Shown piece after piece: positions 1 through 10,629 of a DNA stretch of 62,279 bases. Numbering within the stretch: position 1 is the first letter of the stretch; each line of letters opens with the position of its first letter. Position numbers and translations under genes: made by a program. The stretch lies in the IMG/VR virus record IMGVR_UViG_3300025828_000024, positions 1-62,279 of that record, one strand, 5' to 3'. The notes below the pieces were generated by a model. It ran no database searches, was not told where the DNA came from, and worked only from the letters and a program-made list of their open reading frames with translations. Origin of the DNA: a virus (lineage: Duplodnaviria > Caudoviricetes).

Positions 1-305
1 AAAAGAAGGATAGTCGGTTAGAACGCGCAGGAGTTAGTGGATACAACAAACCCAAGCGCACACCTAATCACCCAAAGAAGTCACACATTGTTGTGGCTAA
101 AGAGGGCGATAAGGTGAAGACTATTCGATTTGGGCAGCAAGGTGTGAAGACAAATCAGACTGTAGGGCAGCGCAAAGCCTTTAAGTCTCGTCATGCAAAG
201 AACATCAGCAAAGGTAAGATGTCTGCAGCTTATTGGGCTGATAAAGTTAAGTGGTCGCCAAGCAAGACAAAGTCTAGCTCAACTAAGTGGAAGAAAGGTT
301 CATGA
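1..305 (+). CDS. Small basic protein, 5'-truncated copy of 60061..60378
   Basis: Matches the C-terminal part of the 105-aa ORF at 60061. Confidence 0.8.
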   Translation, partial: KKDSRLERAGVSGYNKPKRTPNHPKKSHIVVAKEGDKVKTIRFGQQGVKTNQTVGQRKAFKSRHAKNISKGKMSAAYWADKVKWSPSKTKSSSTKWKKGS

Positions 306-796
306 CTATCTCTCGCGCACAGATGGGTAGTCAGCTAACGGGGAACAGAATGCCAGTCAAAAAAGTAAAAGGTGGTTATAAGTTCGGAAGCTCAGGTAAG
401 GTTTACCCTACCCGTGCAGGTGCGGAGCGTCAGCAACGCGCAGCTTATGCCAACGGATACAAGGGTATGGCTGCTGGCGGTAAAGTTCCTTCAGGTTATC
501 ATCGTATGCCTGATGGCAGCATTATGAAAAATTCTGATCACAAGATGGCGCATGGTGGTTATGTTTCTACTGGTGATGATGCTAAAGACCTTGAGACTAT
601 TCGTATGGGCAAAGGTGGTAAGACCAAGAGCCGTGTGAATGAAGCTGGAAACTATACAAAGCCAGGGATGCGTAAGAGTCTGTTTAATAAGATTAAAGCT
701 GGTGGCAAAGGCGGAAAACCTGGTCAGTGGTCAGCCCGTAAGGCTCAGATGTTGGCAAAGCAGTACAAAGCAGCAGGGGGTGGATATAAAAACTAA
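302..796 (+). CDS. Basic protein with MxxGG motifs; C-terminus resembles the first half of DUF5872
   Basis: ATGA overlap start at 302; GGKPGQWSARKAQMLAKQYK motif. Confidence 0.7.
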   Translation: MTISRAQMGSQLTGNRMPVKKVKGGYKFGSSGKVYPTRAGAERQQRAAYANGYKGMAAGGKVPSGYHRMPDGSIMKNSDHKMAHGGYVSTGDDAKDLETIRMGKGGKTKSRVNEAGNYTKPGMRKSLFNKIKAGGKGGKPGQWSARKAQMLAKQYKAAGGGYKN

Positions 797-1059
797 TGGC
801 CTTAAAGAAGTCGCAGAAAAGCCTCAAGTCTTGGACAAAGCAGAAATGGCGTACTAAAAGTGGCAAACCGTCTACCCAAGGTGCTAATGCTACTGGTGAA
901 CGGTATCTACCTTCTTCGGCTATTAAGTCTCTTAGCAGCAGTGAGTATGCAGCTACCACAAGAGCAAAACGACAAGGCACTAAGGCAGGTAAGCAGTATG
1001 TGGCTCAACCTAAAAAAGTTGCAGAGAAAACCAAACGACACAGAAGTGTAGTGACATAG
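796..1059 (+). CDS. Basic protein resembling the second half of DUF5872
   Basis: TAATG coupling; QKSLKSWTKQKWRTK...ERYLP motif. Confidence 0.7.
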   Translation: MALKKSQKSLKSWTKQKWRTKSGKPSTQGANATGERYLPSSAIKSLSSSEYAATTRAKRQGTKAGKQYVAQPKKVAEKTKRHRSVVT

Positions 1060-1068
1060 GATAACGTC

Positions 1069-1755
1069 ATGGCAGTAGTAACACCAGATTTACCAGAACT
1101 CTTTGAGGAAGCATATGAGCGGGCTGGGCTTACTATGCGTACTGGCTATGACCTTAAAACAGCACGAAGAAGTCTTAACCTTTTAACACTGGAGTGGCAG
1201 AACCGTGGTCTTAATCTCTTCACTATTGAAGCGGGTACAATCGCTGTTACAGCAGGTACGGCAACGTATACCCTTCCTTCGGACACAATCGACATCATCG
1301 AACACCAAATCAGAACAGGCACAGGCACGAACCAAACAGACACGACCCTCGAAAGGATCAGTGTCTCAACCTACGCCCAGCAAACCAACAAAAACACGCA
1401 AGGTAGGCCGACCCAAATCTACGTCCAAAGGCTCCCAACGGAAACAAAAGTAACATTGTGGCCTGTGCCAGATAGCACAGCGACTTACACTATTGCCTAC
1501 TATAGGCTCAAAGGCATTGATGGACTATCTTCTGGTGTTGGTGATTCGGTAACATCTGTCCCACCAAGATTTGTTCCGTGTCTTGTTACAGGAATGGCAT
1601 ACTATATCGCCATGAAAAGACCTGAAGTTTCTGGCAGAGTTGCTGCCTTGAAGCAAGAATACGAATTTCAATTCCAGCTTGCTGCGGACGAAGATACAGA
1701 GACAGCTTCAATTAAGTTTGTTCCGTATGACACATTTATGATAGGTGGCGCATGA
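1069..1755 (+). CDS. Putative head-tail adaptor / head completion protein
   Basis: Position after capsid genes; conserved at protein level with the divergent copy at 61142. Confidence 0.65.
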   Translation: MAVVTPDLPELFEEAYERAGLTMRTGYDLKTARRSLNLLTLEWQNRGLNLFTIEAGTIAVTAGTATYTLPSDTIDIIEHQIRTGTGTNQTDTTLERISVSTYAQQTNKNTQGRPTQIYVQRLPTETKVTLWPVPDSTATYTIAYYRLKGIDGLSSGVGDSVTSVPPRFVPCLVTGMAYYIAMKRPEVSGRVAALKQEYEFQFQLAADEDTETASIKFVPYDTFMIGGA

Positions 1756-2066
1756 GCTACGCTAAAGGTAAATACGCTTTTGGATTTTGCGACAAGACTG
1801 GATTTAGGTATCCATTGAGAGACCTAGTTCCAGAATTCAATAACGGAGTTAGAACAGGATTCCTTGTAGGAAGAGATGTTGCCGATCCCGATCAACCTCA
1901 AAATTTCTTAGGTCGGGTAAAAATATTTGACCCTCAATCACTACAGAATCCTAGACCAGATAGGGCAGAGATTGAGAGCCGTGGTTTATTTGGATGGAAC
2001 CCCGTATGGAATGATGCGCAATACATGACAGCGCAAGTAGGAAGTGTTAATATATCTACATCATAG
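1752..2066 (+). CDS. Conserved phage hypothetical protein
   Basis: ATGA overlap; FCDxTGFRYP and DPDQPQ conserved in the 61825 allele. Confidence 0.8.
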   Translation: MSYAKGKYAFGFCDKTGFRYPLRDLVPEFNNGVRTGFLVGRDVADPDQPQNFLGRVKIFDPQSLQNPRPDRAEIESRGLFGWNPVWNDAQYMTAQVGSVNISTS

Positions 2067-2076
2067 GAGAATAGAT

Positions 2077-2298
2077 ATGCCAGGAAAAATGTATGATGCC
2101 ATGAAAAAGCCTATCGCAATGAAAGAAGGCGGTAAGTTAAAGATGGTAAACAAAAATGGTGAACAGGTTCCTTTCTTTGCGGCAGACGGTGTTGGCAAGA
2201 TGGGATATGGCGGAAAAACGAAGAAGATGCGCGATGGCGGCGGCATGTGTCGTGGAATGGGTGCTGCCACTAAGGGTGGCAACTACAAGATGGGATAA
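2077..2298 (+). CDS. Small Met/Lys/Gly-rich protein with MxxGG motifs
   Basis: AGGAG RBS before ATG 2077. Confidence 0.7.
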   Translation: MPGKMYDAMKKPIAMKEGGKLKMVNKNGEQVPFFAADGVGKMGYGGKTKKMRDGGGMCRGMGAATKGGNYKMG

Positions 2299-2304
2299 GT
2301 TCAA

Positions 2305-2940
2305 ATGAACTATTCTGAGCTAGTACAGGCAGTCAAAGACTACACTGAAAACACGGAAACAACTTTCGTGAACAACATCAATTTGTTTATTCGTCAGGCA
2401 GAAGAGCGGATAAACAGAGATGTTCAGATACCTGAACTTCGAAAGAACGTCACGGGTAATGTGTCTGCCAGCAATCAGTACCTAGCTCGACCCTCTGACT
2501 TTCTGTCAACATTCTCTCTTGCTGTAATAGATGGAAGCAACAACTTCACATATCTTTTGGAGAAAGAAGTTAACTTTATCAGAGAGGCATATCCTAGTGC
2601 TTCTACTGAAGGGCTTCCAAAGTACTATGCAAACTTTGATGGTGAGAAGTCAGGATCGAATGGAAACTTTATACTGGGTCCAACTCCAGATGCAGCATAT
2701 AATATAGAGCTGCATTATTACTATGATCCACCTTCAATCGTTACCTCTACGACATCTTGGCTTGGCGACAACGCCGAAACCACTCTTCTTTACGGCACCC
2801 TTTATGAGGCGTATACGTTTATGAAAGGTGAGCCAGATGTTCTGCAGAACTATCTACAGAGGTATCAGTCAGCGCTTATGAACATGGCTTCTCTTGGTGT
2901 GATGATTAAGAATGACTCTTATAGAGAGGACGCGGCATAA
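2305..2940 (+). CDS. Putative adaptor / tail tubular protein A-like
   Basis: Position; MNYSEL...FIRQAEERI...G.P.YY pattern. Confidence 0.6.
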   Translation: MNYSELVQAVKDYTENTETTFVNNINLFIRQAEERINRDVQIPELRKNVTGNVSASNQYLARPSDFLSTFSLAVIDGSNNFTYLLEKEVNFIREAYPSASTEGLPKYYANFDGEKSGSNGNFILGPTPDAAYNIELHYYYDPPSIVTSTTSWLGDNAETTLLYGTLYEAYTFMKGEPDVLQNYLQRYQSALMNMASLGVMIKNDSYREDAA

Positions 2941-3368
2941 TGGCTATTACTCAAACAACATGTACTTCTTTCAAGAAGGAATTGCTTGAGGCTGTACATA
3001 ACTTTACATCTCATACCTTTAAGATTGCACTGTACACGGATTCTGCTGATCTTGGCGCGGGAACCACAGTTTACTCTACAACGAATGAGATAACAAATAC
3101 TTCGGGGACTGCTTACACGGCAGGGGGAAAGGCACTAACCACTATAGCGCCAACAAGTTCAGGGACTGTTGCGTTTGTGGATTTCGAGAATATCAGTTGG
3201 ACAAGTGCTTCGTTTACGGCACGAGGTGCGCTGATATATAATTCTTCTGCTTCTAATAAAGCTGTCGCTGTGTTAGATTTTGGAAGTAATCGTGTAGTTT
3301 CGAACGATACGTTTGAGGTTCAGTTCCCAGTATCTTCTGCTACGACAGCTATAATTAGGATATCATAG
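2940..3368 (+). CDS. Virion structural protein
   Basis: TAATG coupling; FKIALYT...ARGALIYN...AVLDFG pattern. Confidence 0.7.
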   Translation: MAITQTTCTSFKKELLEAVHNFTSHTFKIALYTDSADLGAGTTVYSTTNEITNTSGTAYTAGGKALTTIAPTSSGTVAFVDFENISWTSASFTARGALIYNSSASNKAVAVLDFGSNRVVSNDTFEVQFPVSSATTAIIRIS

Positions 3369-3378
3369 GAGTTTACTT

Positions 3379-3810
3379 ATGGCTAGTTTCACAAAGGTAA
3401 ACGATTTCGTCGTAAACCTAGCAAATGCAATGGACTTGGATGCGGATACCTTAATCGTAGCCTTGTCGAACACAGACCCAACTTCAGGAACAGACGTTAC
3501 TGCAGACGGTAACGGTATCTTGGCTAACGTGTCTCAGATTAGTTATACCAACTTGTCTTCACGCACATTGGCAAACGTCACATCTACGCAGACATCAGGC
3601 ACATATAAGTTGTCTGCTGACGACTTGACGCTTACTGCATCAGGCGGTTCAGTCGCTGCTTTCCGTTACATTGTAATTTACAATGATACAGTGACATCAC
3701 CTGCAGACCCAGTGATTGGATATTACGATTACGGTACATCGTTGACTCTAAATGACGGTGACACGTTTACTATCGATATAGGTACAAACGGTATCCTGAC
3801 ACTAACATAA
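3379..3810 (+). CDS. Virion structural protein, probably related to the preceding gene
   Basis: AGGAG RBS; FRYIVIYND...YYDYG pattern. Confidence 0.7.
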   Translation: MASFTKVNDFVVNLANAMDLDADTLIVALSNTDPTSGTDVTADGNGILANVSQISYTNLSSRTLANVTSTQTSGTYKLSADDLTLTASGGSVAAFRYIVIYNDTVTSPADPVIGYYDYGTSLTLNDGDTFTIDIGTNGILTLT

Positions 3811-3822
3811 GGATAGCTTGTC

Positions 3823-5529
<1,707 letters not shown>

Positions 5530-5549
5530 TAGTATAAGGAGATACGAAG

Positions 5550-5873
5550 ATGGCATTACAAGTGGGCGGCACAACCGTCATTGATAACAGCCGCGTTTTA
5601 CAAAACGTCACTGGTCTTAAAACAATCAATAGTAACAGCATACTTGGATCGGGTGACATCACGATCAGCGCTGATGACGTTAAGGCAGACGGTTATGCTT
5701 ACGCTAATAATAATCAGTATGGTCTAAAAAGTAATTCGCCTGGATTTAATGTTGGGAAGTATATAACATCGGGTAACAGCGCAACCGCAGGGTCGTTCAA
5801 CACTGGCTCCTTCACCACTGGGACTAACCAGTCAGGTTATGTTCACTGCGTTTTTGCCGTAAGAACTGGTTAA
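5550..5873 (+). CDS. Small tail-fibre-associated protein
   Basis: AGGAG RBS; position; Ser/Gly/Thr/Asn-rich. Confidence 0.6.
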   Translation: MALQVGGTTVIDNSRVLQNVTGLKTINSNSILGSGDITISADDVKADGYAYANNNQYGLKSNSPGFNVGKYITSGNSATAGSFNTGSFTTGTNQSGYVHCVFAVRTG

Positions 5874-6503
5874 ATGGAACTGTTAGAAGCGTGGGGTGTA
5901 CCTGTCTTGGCAGGTAAGCTAGAAAACCTCGATGTTGAACAGGCATACGAATACGTTGCTGCTCAACACTTTGAATATACAGGTGAAGGGTCTGGGGGCT
6001 GCCAAACCGCAAACAATCATTTATTAGACGATGAGGAATTGCATGATGTACGTGAATTAATTTTGCTACATTCTAAACTGTATTTAGATTGTTTGGGTCA
6101 TGCATATGAGGACTTGTTCGTTTGCAATTCATGGGGCATGAAACTGAAGCCTTATGAAAATATAGTACCGCATCGCCATACTAATTCTTACATTAGTGGT
6201 GTTCTATACTTAACAACAGGACAACCATTGCATTTGCACAGGCCGTGGGATACACACGAAATGTTTATGCTCACGCCAAATATACCTTTCGATGCAGAAA
6301 ATGGTTTGACGCAAAGCACAAAGCAGTTTCATCCAGAGCCTTGTAGCTGCATTATAATGCCTTCTGGGCTTACACATCATGTTGGTGCTGTGGCAAAATC
6401 AAAAGTAGATGATCGTTATTCGATAGCTTTTAATATTTTGCCATTGGGAGAATTCGGTCACAATGGAAAATTAGTTTCTTTTGAGGGGAAAGGTTATGAC
6501 TGA
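5874..6503 (+). CDS. 2OG-Fe(II) oxygenase-like protein (TIGR02466 type)
   Basis: SW...PHRHTNSYISGVLYL...PSGLTHHV...RYSIAFN. Confidence 0.85.
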   Translation: MELLEAWGVPVLAGKLENLDVEQAYEYVAAQHFEYTGEGSGGCQTANNHLLDDEELHDVRELILLHSKLYLDCLGHAYEDLFVCNSWGMKLKPYENIVPHRHTNSYISGVLYLTTGQPLHLHRPWDTHEMFMLTPNIPFDAENGLTQSTKQFHPEPCSCIIMPSGLTHHVGAVAKSKVDDRYSIAFNILPLGEFGHNGKLVSFEGKGYD

Positions 6504-6897
6504 CAGTACACAAACGGAATGGGTATGGTTGCTATACGAACATGACAACGACAATTTTATACGACAGTTGACAATTACATCGTATGAACCAGACCTTACT
6601 AGCTTTCCATCTGATGTGACATATGTTGAAATAACGCAAGAATTGCACGACAGTATGCATGACTACTTACGTTATAAGTACAACTCTGATGGAACTGTCA
6701 CAGAAGTTGATCACAATAATTATATGTCTCAATATCAAAGATGGAACCGCCAGCAGTTATTGGAAGAAACGGATATTTATGCGGTAGGTGATCGTCCTAT
6801 GTCCGATGAAATGAGAGCTTATCGTCAAGCATTGCGGGATGTACCGCAGCAAGAAGGCTTCCCAGATAATGTAGTGTGGCCCACAAAACCAGAGTAA
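6496..6897 (+). CDS. Tail fibre assembly chaperone
   Basis: R..LL.ETD...YRQALRDVPQQEGFP.NVVWP.KP. Confidence 0.85.
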   Translation: MTDSTQTEWVWLLYEHDNDNFIRQLTITSYEPDLTSFPSDVTYVEITQELHDSMHDYLRYKYNSDGTVTEVDHNNYMSQYQRWNRQQLLEETDIYAVGDRPMSDEMRAYRQALRDVPQQEGFPDNVVWPTKPE

Positions 6898-6903
6898 TTT
6901 GCA

Positions 6904-7722
6904 ATGAAAAAAGTAAAATACTCGTGCTGGCAACCAATGGTGAATGGTGTTCCAGTTACAGGATATCATTTTGATGCAGAGGATTGGCTTAATCTTTGGA
7001 CCCAATATCCTGCTATTAAAACAAATAAATGGTATAACAGCTTGCCAAATCGAACAAGTGAAGTTTTTAATCGGGCGAAAGCAAAGATTGAAAAGATGAG
7101 GCGTGACAGATTGGGTTTACAAAATAGCTACCTAAACCCCACTGTAAACACAGCACGTATTTGTCCAAATATTCGTGAGTTTTTATCCAGATGTATGGTT
7201 GTTCGTGCGCCTATGGATATGCACTTTGCAAGGGCAGAAGGTAACTTAGGTCACCACTATGGTCATGATTACTATTATGAAATGGAGATTACTGACCCAC
7301 ATTTATTTCATTCAGAATCGCATGAGCCTGTGCAATTTAGGTCGGATGCATGTAATACTTTCCAAGATCATATAAACATAAAGATCCCTACTAGGATCGC
7401 ACTGGATTTGCCAAAGGGAATGCAATGTATGTTTTTGCAGCCTTTTTATGACAATCCAAACGCACCGTTTCAGCAAATTCCTGGTGTATTTACGGAGCCT
7501 TTAAACCATGCGGCAAACATAATTGTAAACTGGATGGTACATAAGGATGTAGAAGATTTTATTGTCAACAAGGGTGATGCGTTAATGTATGTGTACTTCC
7601 CTGAGCGTGTGAAATTTGTGAAGCATGACTCACAAGAGGGTATGATAAAAACTAAATGGAATAAGCCCAAAGGCTTAGTTTCAACAGAAGTGCAAAAGAA
7701 ATGCCCGATGGAGATTAAATAA
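6904..7722 (+). CDS. Hypothetical protein of a type found beside phage oxygenase clusters
   Basis: TARICP...FLQPFY...IPGV...KGDAL pattern; function unknown. Confidence 0.6.
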   Translation: MKKVKYSCWQPMVNGVPVTGYHFDAEDWLNLWTQYPAIKTNKWYNSLPNRTSEVFNRAKAKIEKMRRDRLGLQNSYLNPTVNTARICPNIREFLSRCMVVRAPMDMHFARAEGNLGHHYGHDYYYEMEITDPHLFHSESHEPVQFRSDACNTFQDHINIKIPTRIALDLPKGMQCMFLQPFYDNPNAPFQQIPGVFTEPLNHAANIIVNWMVHKDVEDFIVNKGDALMYVYFPERVKFVKHDSQEGMIKTKWNKPKGLVSTEVQKKCPMEIK

Positions 7723-7734
7723 TGGGAGAAACCA

Positions 7735-8268
7735 ATGATACGACAAAATTGGAGAATGTGGCCTAGCTCAATAAATGTTTCTACAATATTAGAACAGCCA
7801 GAAACAAAGAAAGTAAATCAAGCGTCTACGTTTGGTGGGGAAAATCTAGAATATCGTCGTAGTCGCGTAGCCTGGCTCACAGGTAATCAGGAAGTGCAAT
7901 CTCTTCTTGAGCCATATGTAGCAGAGGCTAGAACAATTATGGGCATTAATGTAGAATTCAATGCTGAGATGCAGTTTACAGAATATCACGCCTCAGAAGG
8001 TGGCAAGTATGATTGGCATCATGATGTAGATTGGAACAACAATGACGGTACAGATCGCAAGCTATCATTGACGGTGCAGTTAAGTGATCCATCTGATTAT
8101 GATGGTGGAGATTTTGAGTTTTCAGAAGTTGAGCAACTGCCAATAGCTGCCAAAAAGCAAGGGACTGTTATGGTATTTCCTAGCTATCTTGCACACAGGG
8201 TTACACCCGTAACTAGGGGCGTTCGTCGATCTCTCGTTGCTTGGTTCTCTGGTCCAACATGGCGATAA
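7735..8268 (+). CDS. 2OG-Fe(II) oxygenase, prolyl-hydroxylase/PKHD-like
   Basis: YDWHHD...RKLSLTVQL...YDGG...FPSYLAHRVTPVTRGVRRSLVAW. Confidence 0.9.
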   Translation: MIRQNWRMWPSSINVSTILEQPETKKVNQASTFGGENLEYRRSRVAWLTGNQEVQSLLEPYVAEARTIMGINVEFNAEMQFTEYHASEGGKYDWHHDVDWNNNDGTDRKLSLTVQLSDPSDYDGGDFEFSEVEQLPIAAKKQGTVMVFPSYLAHRVTPVTRGVRRSLVAWFSGPTWR

Positions 8269-10073
8269 TATATCAGATAAGCCTACATGGTTCTGCATTC
8301 GATGTTCGAGACTTGTCGTGGCAGGAGGCTAAATCACAAAGTGGGTGCAAGCCAGATGCAGAATGGTTGGACCCTATACACAAACGATCTTTGTTAAAGG
8401 GGGAGTTTGGCTGCGCGGTAAGTCATTTACGTGTATGGGAGCGAATAGTTCAATCGAACTTAAATGGGATTATCTTAGAAGAAGATGCTGTCTTTGATTC
8501 TATTGATGTTGGGCATGTAGATTCTTTATTGGCAAGATGTGATAGCGTATGGTTGGGTTATCGCTGGAATGACATGGGATATTGGTACAACTGTCATGCT
8601 TATGCGCTATCCCCAAGAACAGCAAAGCACTTGATCGAAGGCTTTAAAGATAGCATTATACCTGTAGATGAGTGGGTTCCTTCTAAGCTGAAGGGTAAAA
8701 ATAATTACTTCTATAAAGATGAAGTGGTCAAACAAATCCCACGAGACATTAGGCCGTCTACAATAGAGGAGACAGAAGTGTTAAGTGGTGGGGTAAATTT
8801 TAAGATTGTGACTGTTGCTACAGAGCCAGAAAAGATGTGGGCTTTAGAGCAGTCAGCAAAGAAGTACGGGGTAGAAGTACATAACTTAGGTAAAGATCAT
8901 CCTTGGAGAGACCCTATGGATGGGCTTGCTGGGATGCCAAAGATACAACTTGTGAATGAATACTTGGCTACTTTGCAGGACGATGATGTGGTCTTGTTTA
9001 TGGACGGGTACGACACGTTCTTTGCAGATGATCCTAAAGTTGTTTTAGAAAGATACTTACAGTTTGGCGCTGATATTGTGTTTGGTGCTGAAAGCGAACA
9101 CTGGCCTTTAGTTGATGATGAGTTCATGCGTAACAAGTGGCCTGATACTGGGACACCTTACAGATATTTAAACAGCGGTCTTTACATTGGCAGAGCTAAA
9201 GCTCTTCACGCATTTATTTCACAGAATGCGCCTAACGAATCAAACAAAGATGACCAGCTTTACTGTCAGTTGAGATACCTCAAAACGCTGCCGCCTCAAA
9301 TAGTGGATAAGGGTTATCGTTTTCCATACACAGTAAAGTTAGATACTGAAGCGTACATCTTTCAGAACCATGAACCAAACATACGTGTCGTAGAGGGGCA
9401 GCTTTGGAACGATGTTACAGGTTGCTGCGGCTGCATATATCACGGCAATGGCGGTGCGGATGCAAAGGCTCTTTTTGTTTCTATGGCTAAAAGGTTTGGT
9501 CTAGTTGAAAGGGCACAGCCTGTAAGTCCGTACTATTTAACTTTGGACTATGATGAAGTTGGCCCAGATATTCTTGTTACTGATTTCCTATCTCAACGGC
9601 AATGTGATTTCTTAATTCAGAAATCTGAAAGCTATGGCGGCTGGAGTCAAATGGATGGGGATAAGTTCCCCGCTCAAGAGATACGCATTCGCAAGATGGG
9701 TTTGTGGCACGAATATGAAAGGCTGTGGGCAGAAAAGCTGGCAAAGATATGTGAGCAGTACTGGACCCCAGAAGCTTACGTTGGTTTACGCGATGCGTTT
9801 ACTATGAGGTATTCTATGGACACACAGACAACTCTGGGTCTGCATACAGACGCTTCATTGTTTACTGGTAGCGTAAAGCTTAACGACAATTATTCTGGGG
9901 CCGAACTCATATTCCCACGTCAAAACTTCACAAACAAAGACGTTCCTGTAGGTAAGTGTATATTATTCCCAGGCATGGTAACTCATGGGCATTCAGTCAA
10001 TGAGCTTTTGGAGGGCGTTAAGTACAGTCTCACTATGTGGACGAGCAGGTACAAAGGCGACCTAAATGAATAA
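8259..10073 (+). CDS. Fusion of GT25 glycosyltransferase, PLOD-type glycosyltransferase and lysyl hydroxylase domains
   Basis: GEFGCAVSH...ILEED; VTVAT...FMDGYD...FGAE...YLNSGLYIG...DDQLY...IFQN...HGNG; RY...LHTDAS...THGH...KY. Confidence 0.88.
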   Translation: MAIIYQISLHGSAFDVRDLSWQEAKSQSGCKPDAEWLDPIHKRSLLKGEFGCAVSHLRVWERIVQSNLNGIILEEDAVFDSIDVGHVDSLLARCDSVWLGYRWNDMGYWYNCHAYALSPRTAKHLIEGFKDSIIPVDEWVPSKLKGKNNYFYKDEVVKQIPRDIRPSTIEETEVLSGGVNFKIVTVATEPEKMWALEQSAKKYGVEVHNLGKDHPWRDPMDGLAGMPKIQLVNEYLATLQDDDVVLFMDGYDTFFADDPKVVLERYLQFGADIVFGAESEHWPLVDDEFMRNKWPDTGTPYRYLNSGLYIGRAKALHAFISQNAPNESNKDDQLYCQLRYLKTLPPQIVDKGYRFPYTVKLDTEAYIFQNHEPNIRVVEGQLWNDVTGCCGCIYHGNGGADAKALFVSMAKRFGLVERAQPVSPYYLTLDYDEVGPDILVTDFLSQRQCDFLIQKSESYGGWSQMDGDKFPAQEIRIRKMGLWHEYERLWAEKLAKICEQYWTPEAYVGLRDAFTMRYSMDTQTTLGLHTDASLFTGSVKLNDNYSGAELIFPRQNFTNKDVPVGKCILFPGMVTHGHSVNELLEGVKYSLTMWTSRYKGDLNE

Positions 10074-10614
10074 GTTTTTTGTTGAGATTGGCGCTGCTAA
10101 TTTTGATACTCTCCTGCCCTTAGCCCAGATGGGTTGGAGCGGAATTGTTGTAGAGCCTGTGCCTCGTCTTTATGAAGAATGCAAAAGAATGTTTGCTAAT
10201 TATGATGTCACAGTGGTTCAAGCTGCTGTGTCTGATTACAATGGGGAAATAGACTTTGCAGTAGCACGAGATGACGGCTCTTGGTTGTCTGGGTGTTCTC
10301 ATGTCGTAAGTGATAATCACTTAGGTTACAAACTTAGCACAAGTCCAGACAGGGTCGGTGACTTTGACGAAAGAATAGTTGTTCCTTGCATTACGCTAGA
10401 CACATTATTGCAGGGCGTAGATTCCGTAGACCTTATGAAAGTAGATGCCGAAGGCCATGAAAACAATATCTTTAATAGATATTCGTTTCGCATAAAGCCT
10501 TCAGTTGTAAAGATTGAACACAAGCACATAGATGACAAGTTGCTAGTCAGAAATTTAGAATCCAATGGGTATTTGGTTTGGACGGAAAAAGATGATATAT
10601 ATGGGATAATCTAA
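10066..10614 (+). CDS. FkbM-family SAM methyltransferase
   Basis: FVEIGA...VEP...AAVSD...ITLDTLL...MKVDAEGHE. Confidence 0.9.
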   Translation: MNKFFVEIGAANFDTLLPLAQMGWSGIVVEPVPRLYEECKRMFANYDVTVVQAAVSDYNGEIDFAVARDDGSWLSGCSHVVSDNHLGYKLSTSPDRVGDFDERIVVPCITLDTLLQGVDSVDLMKVDAEGHENNIFNRYSFRIKPSVVKIEHKHIDDKLLVRNLESNGYLVWTEKDDIYGII

Positions 10615-10629
10615 CAAAGGACACTTTGT

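Larger units (their letters stand above)
1..996. repeat. Terminal direct overlap, copy 1 (matches 60074-61069)
   Basis: Same sequence at offset 60073; first mismatch seen at 997 (t) vs 61070 (c). Confidence 0.95.

Noticed and set aside
1069-1755. Divergent duplicate at 61142 as a diversity-generating retroelement template/variable pair
   Set aside because: No reverse transcriptase; changes are mostly synonymous and not adenine-specific
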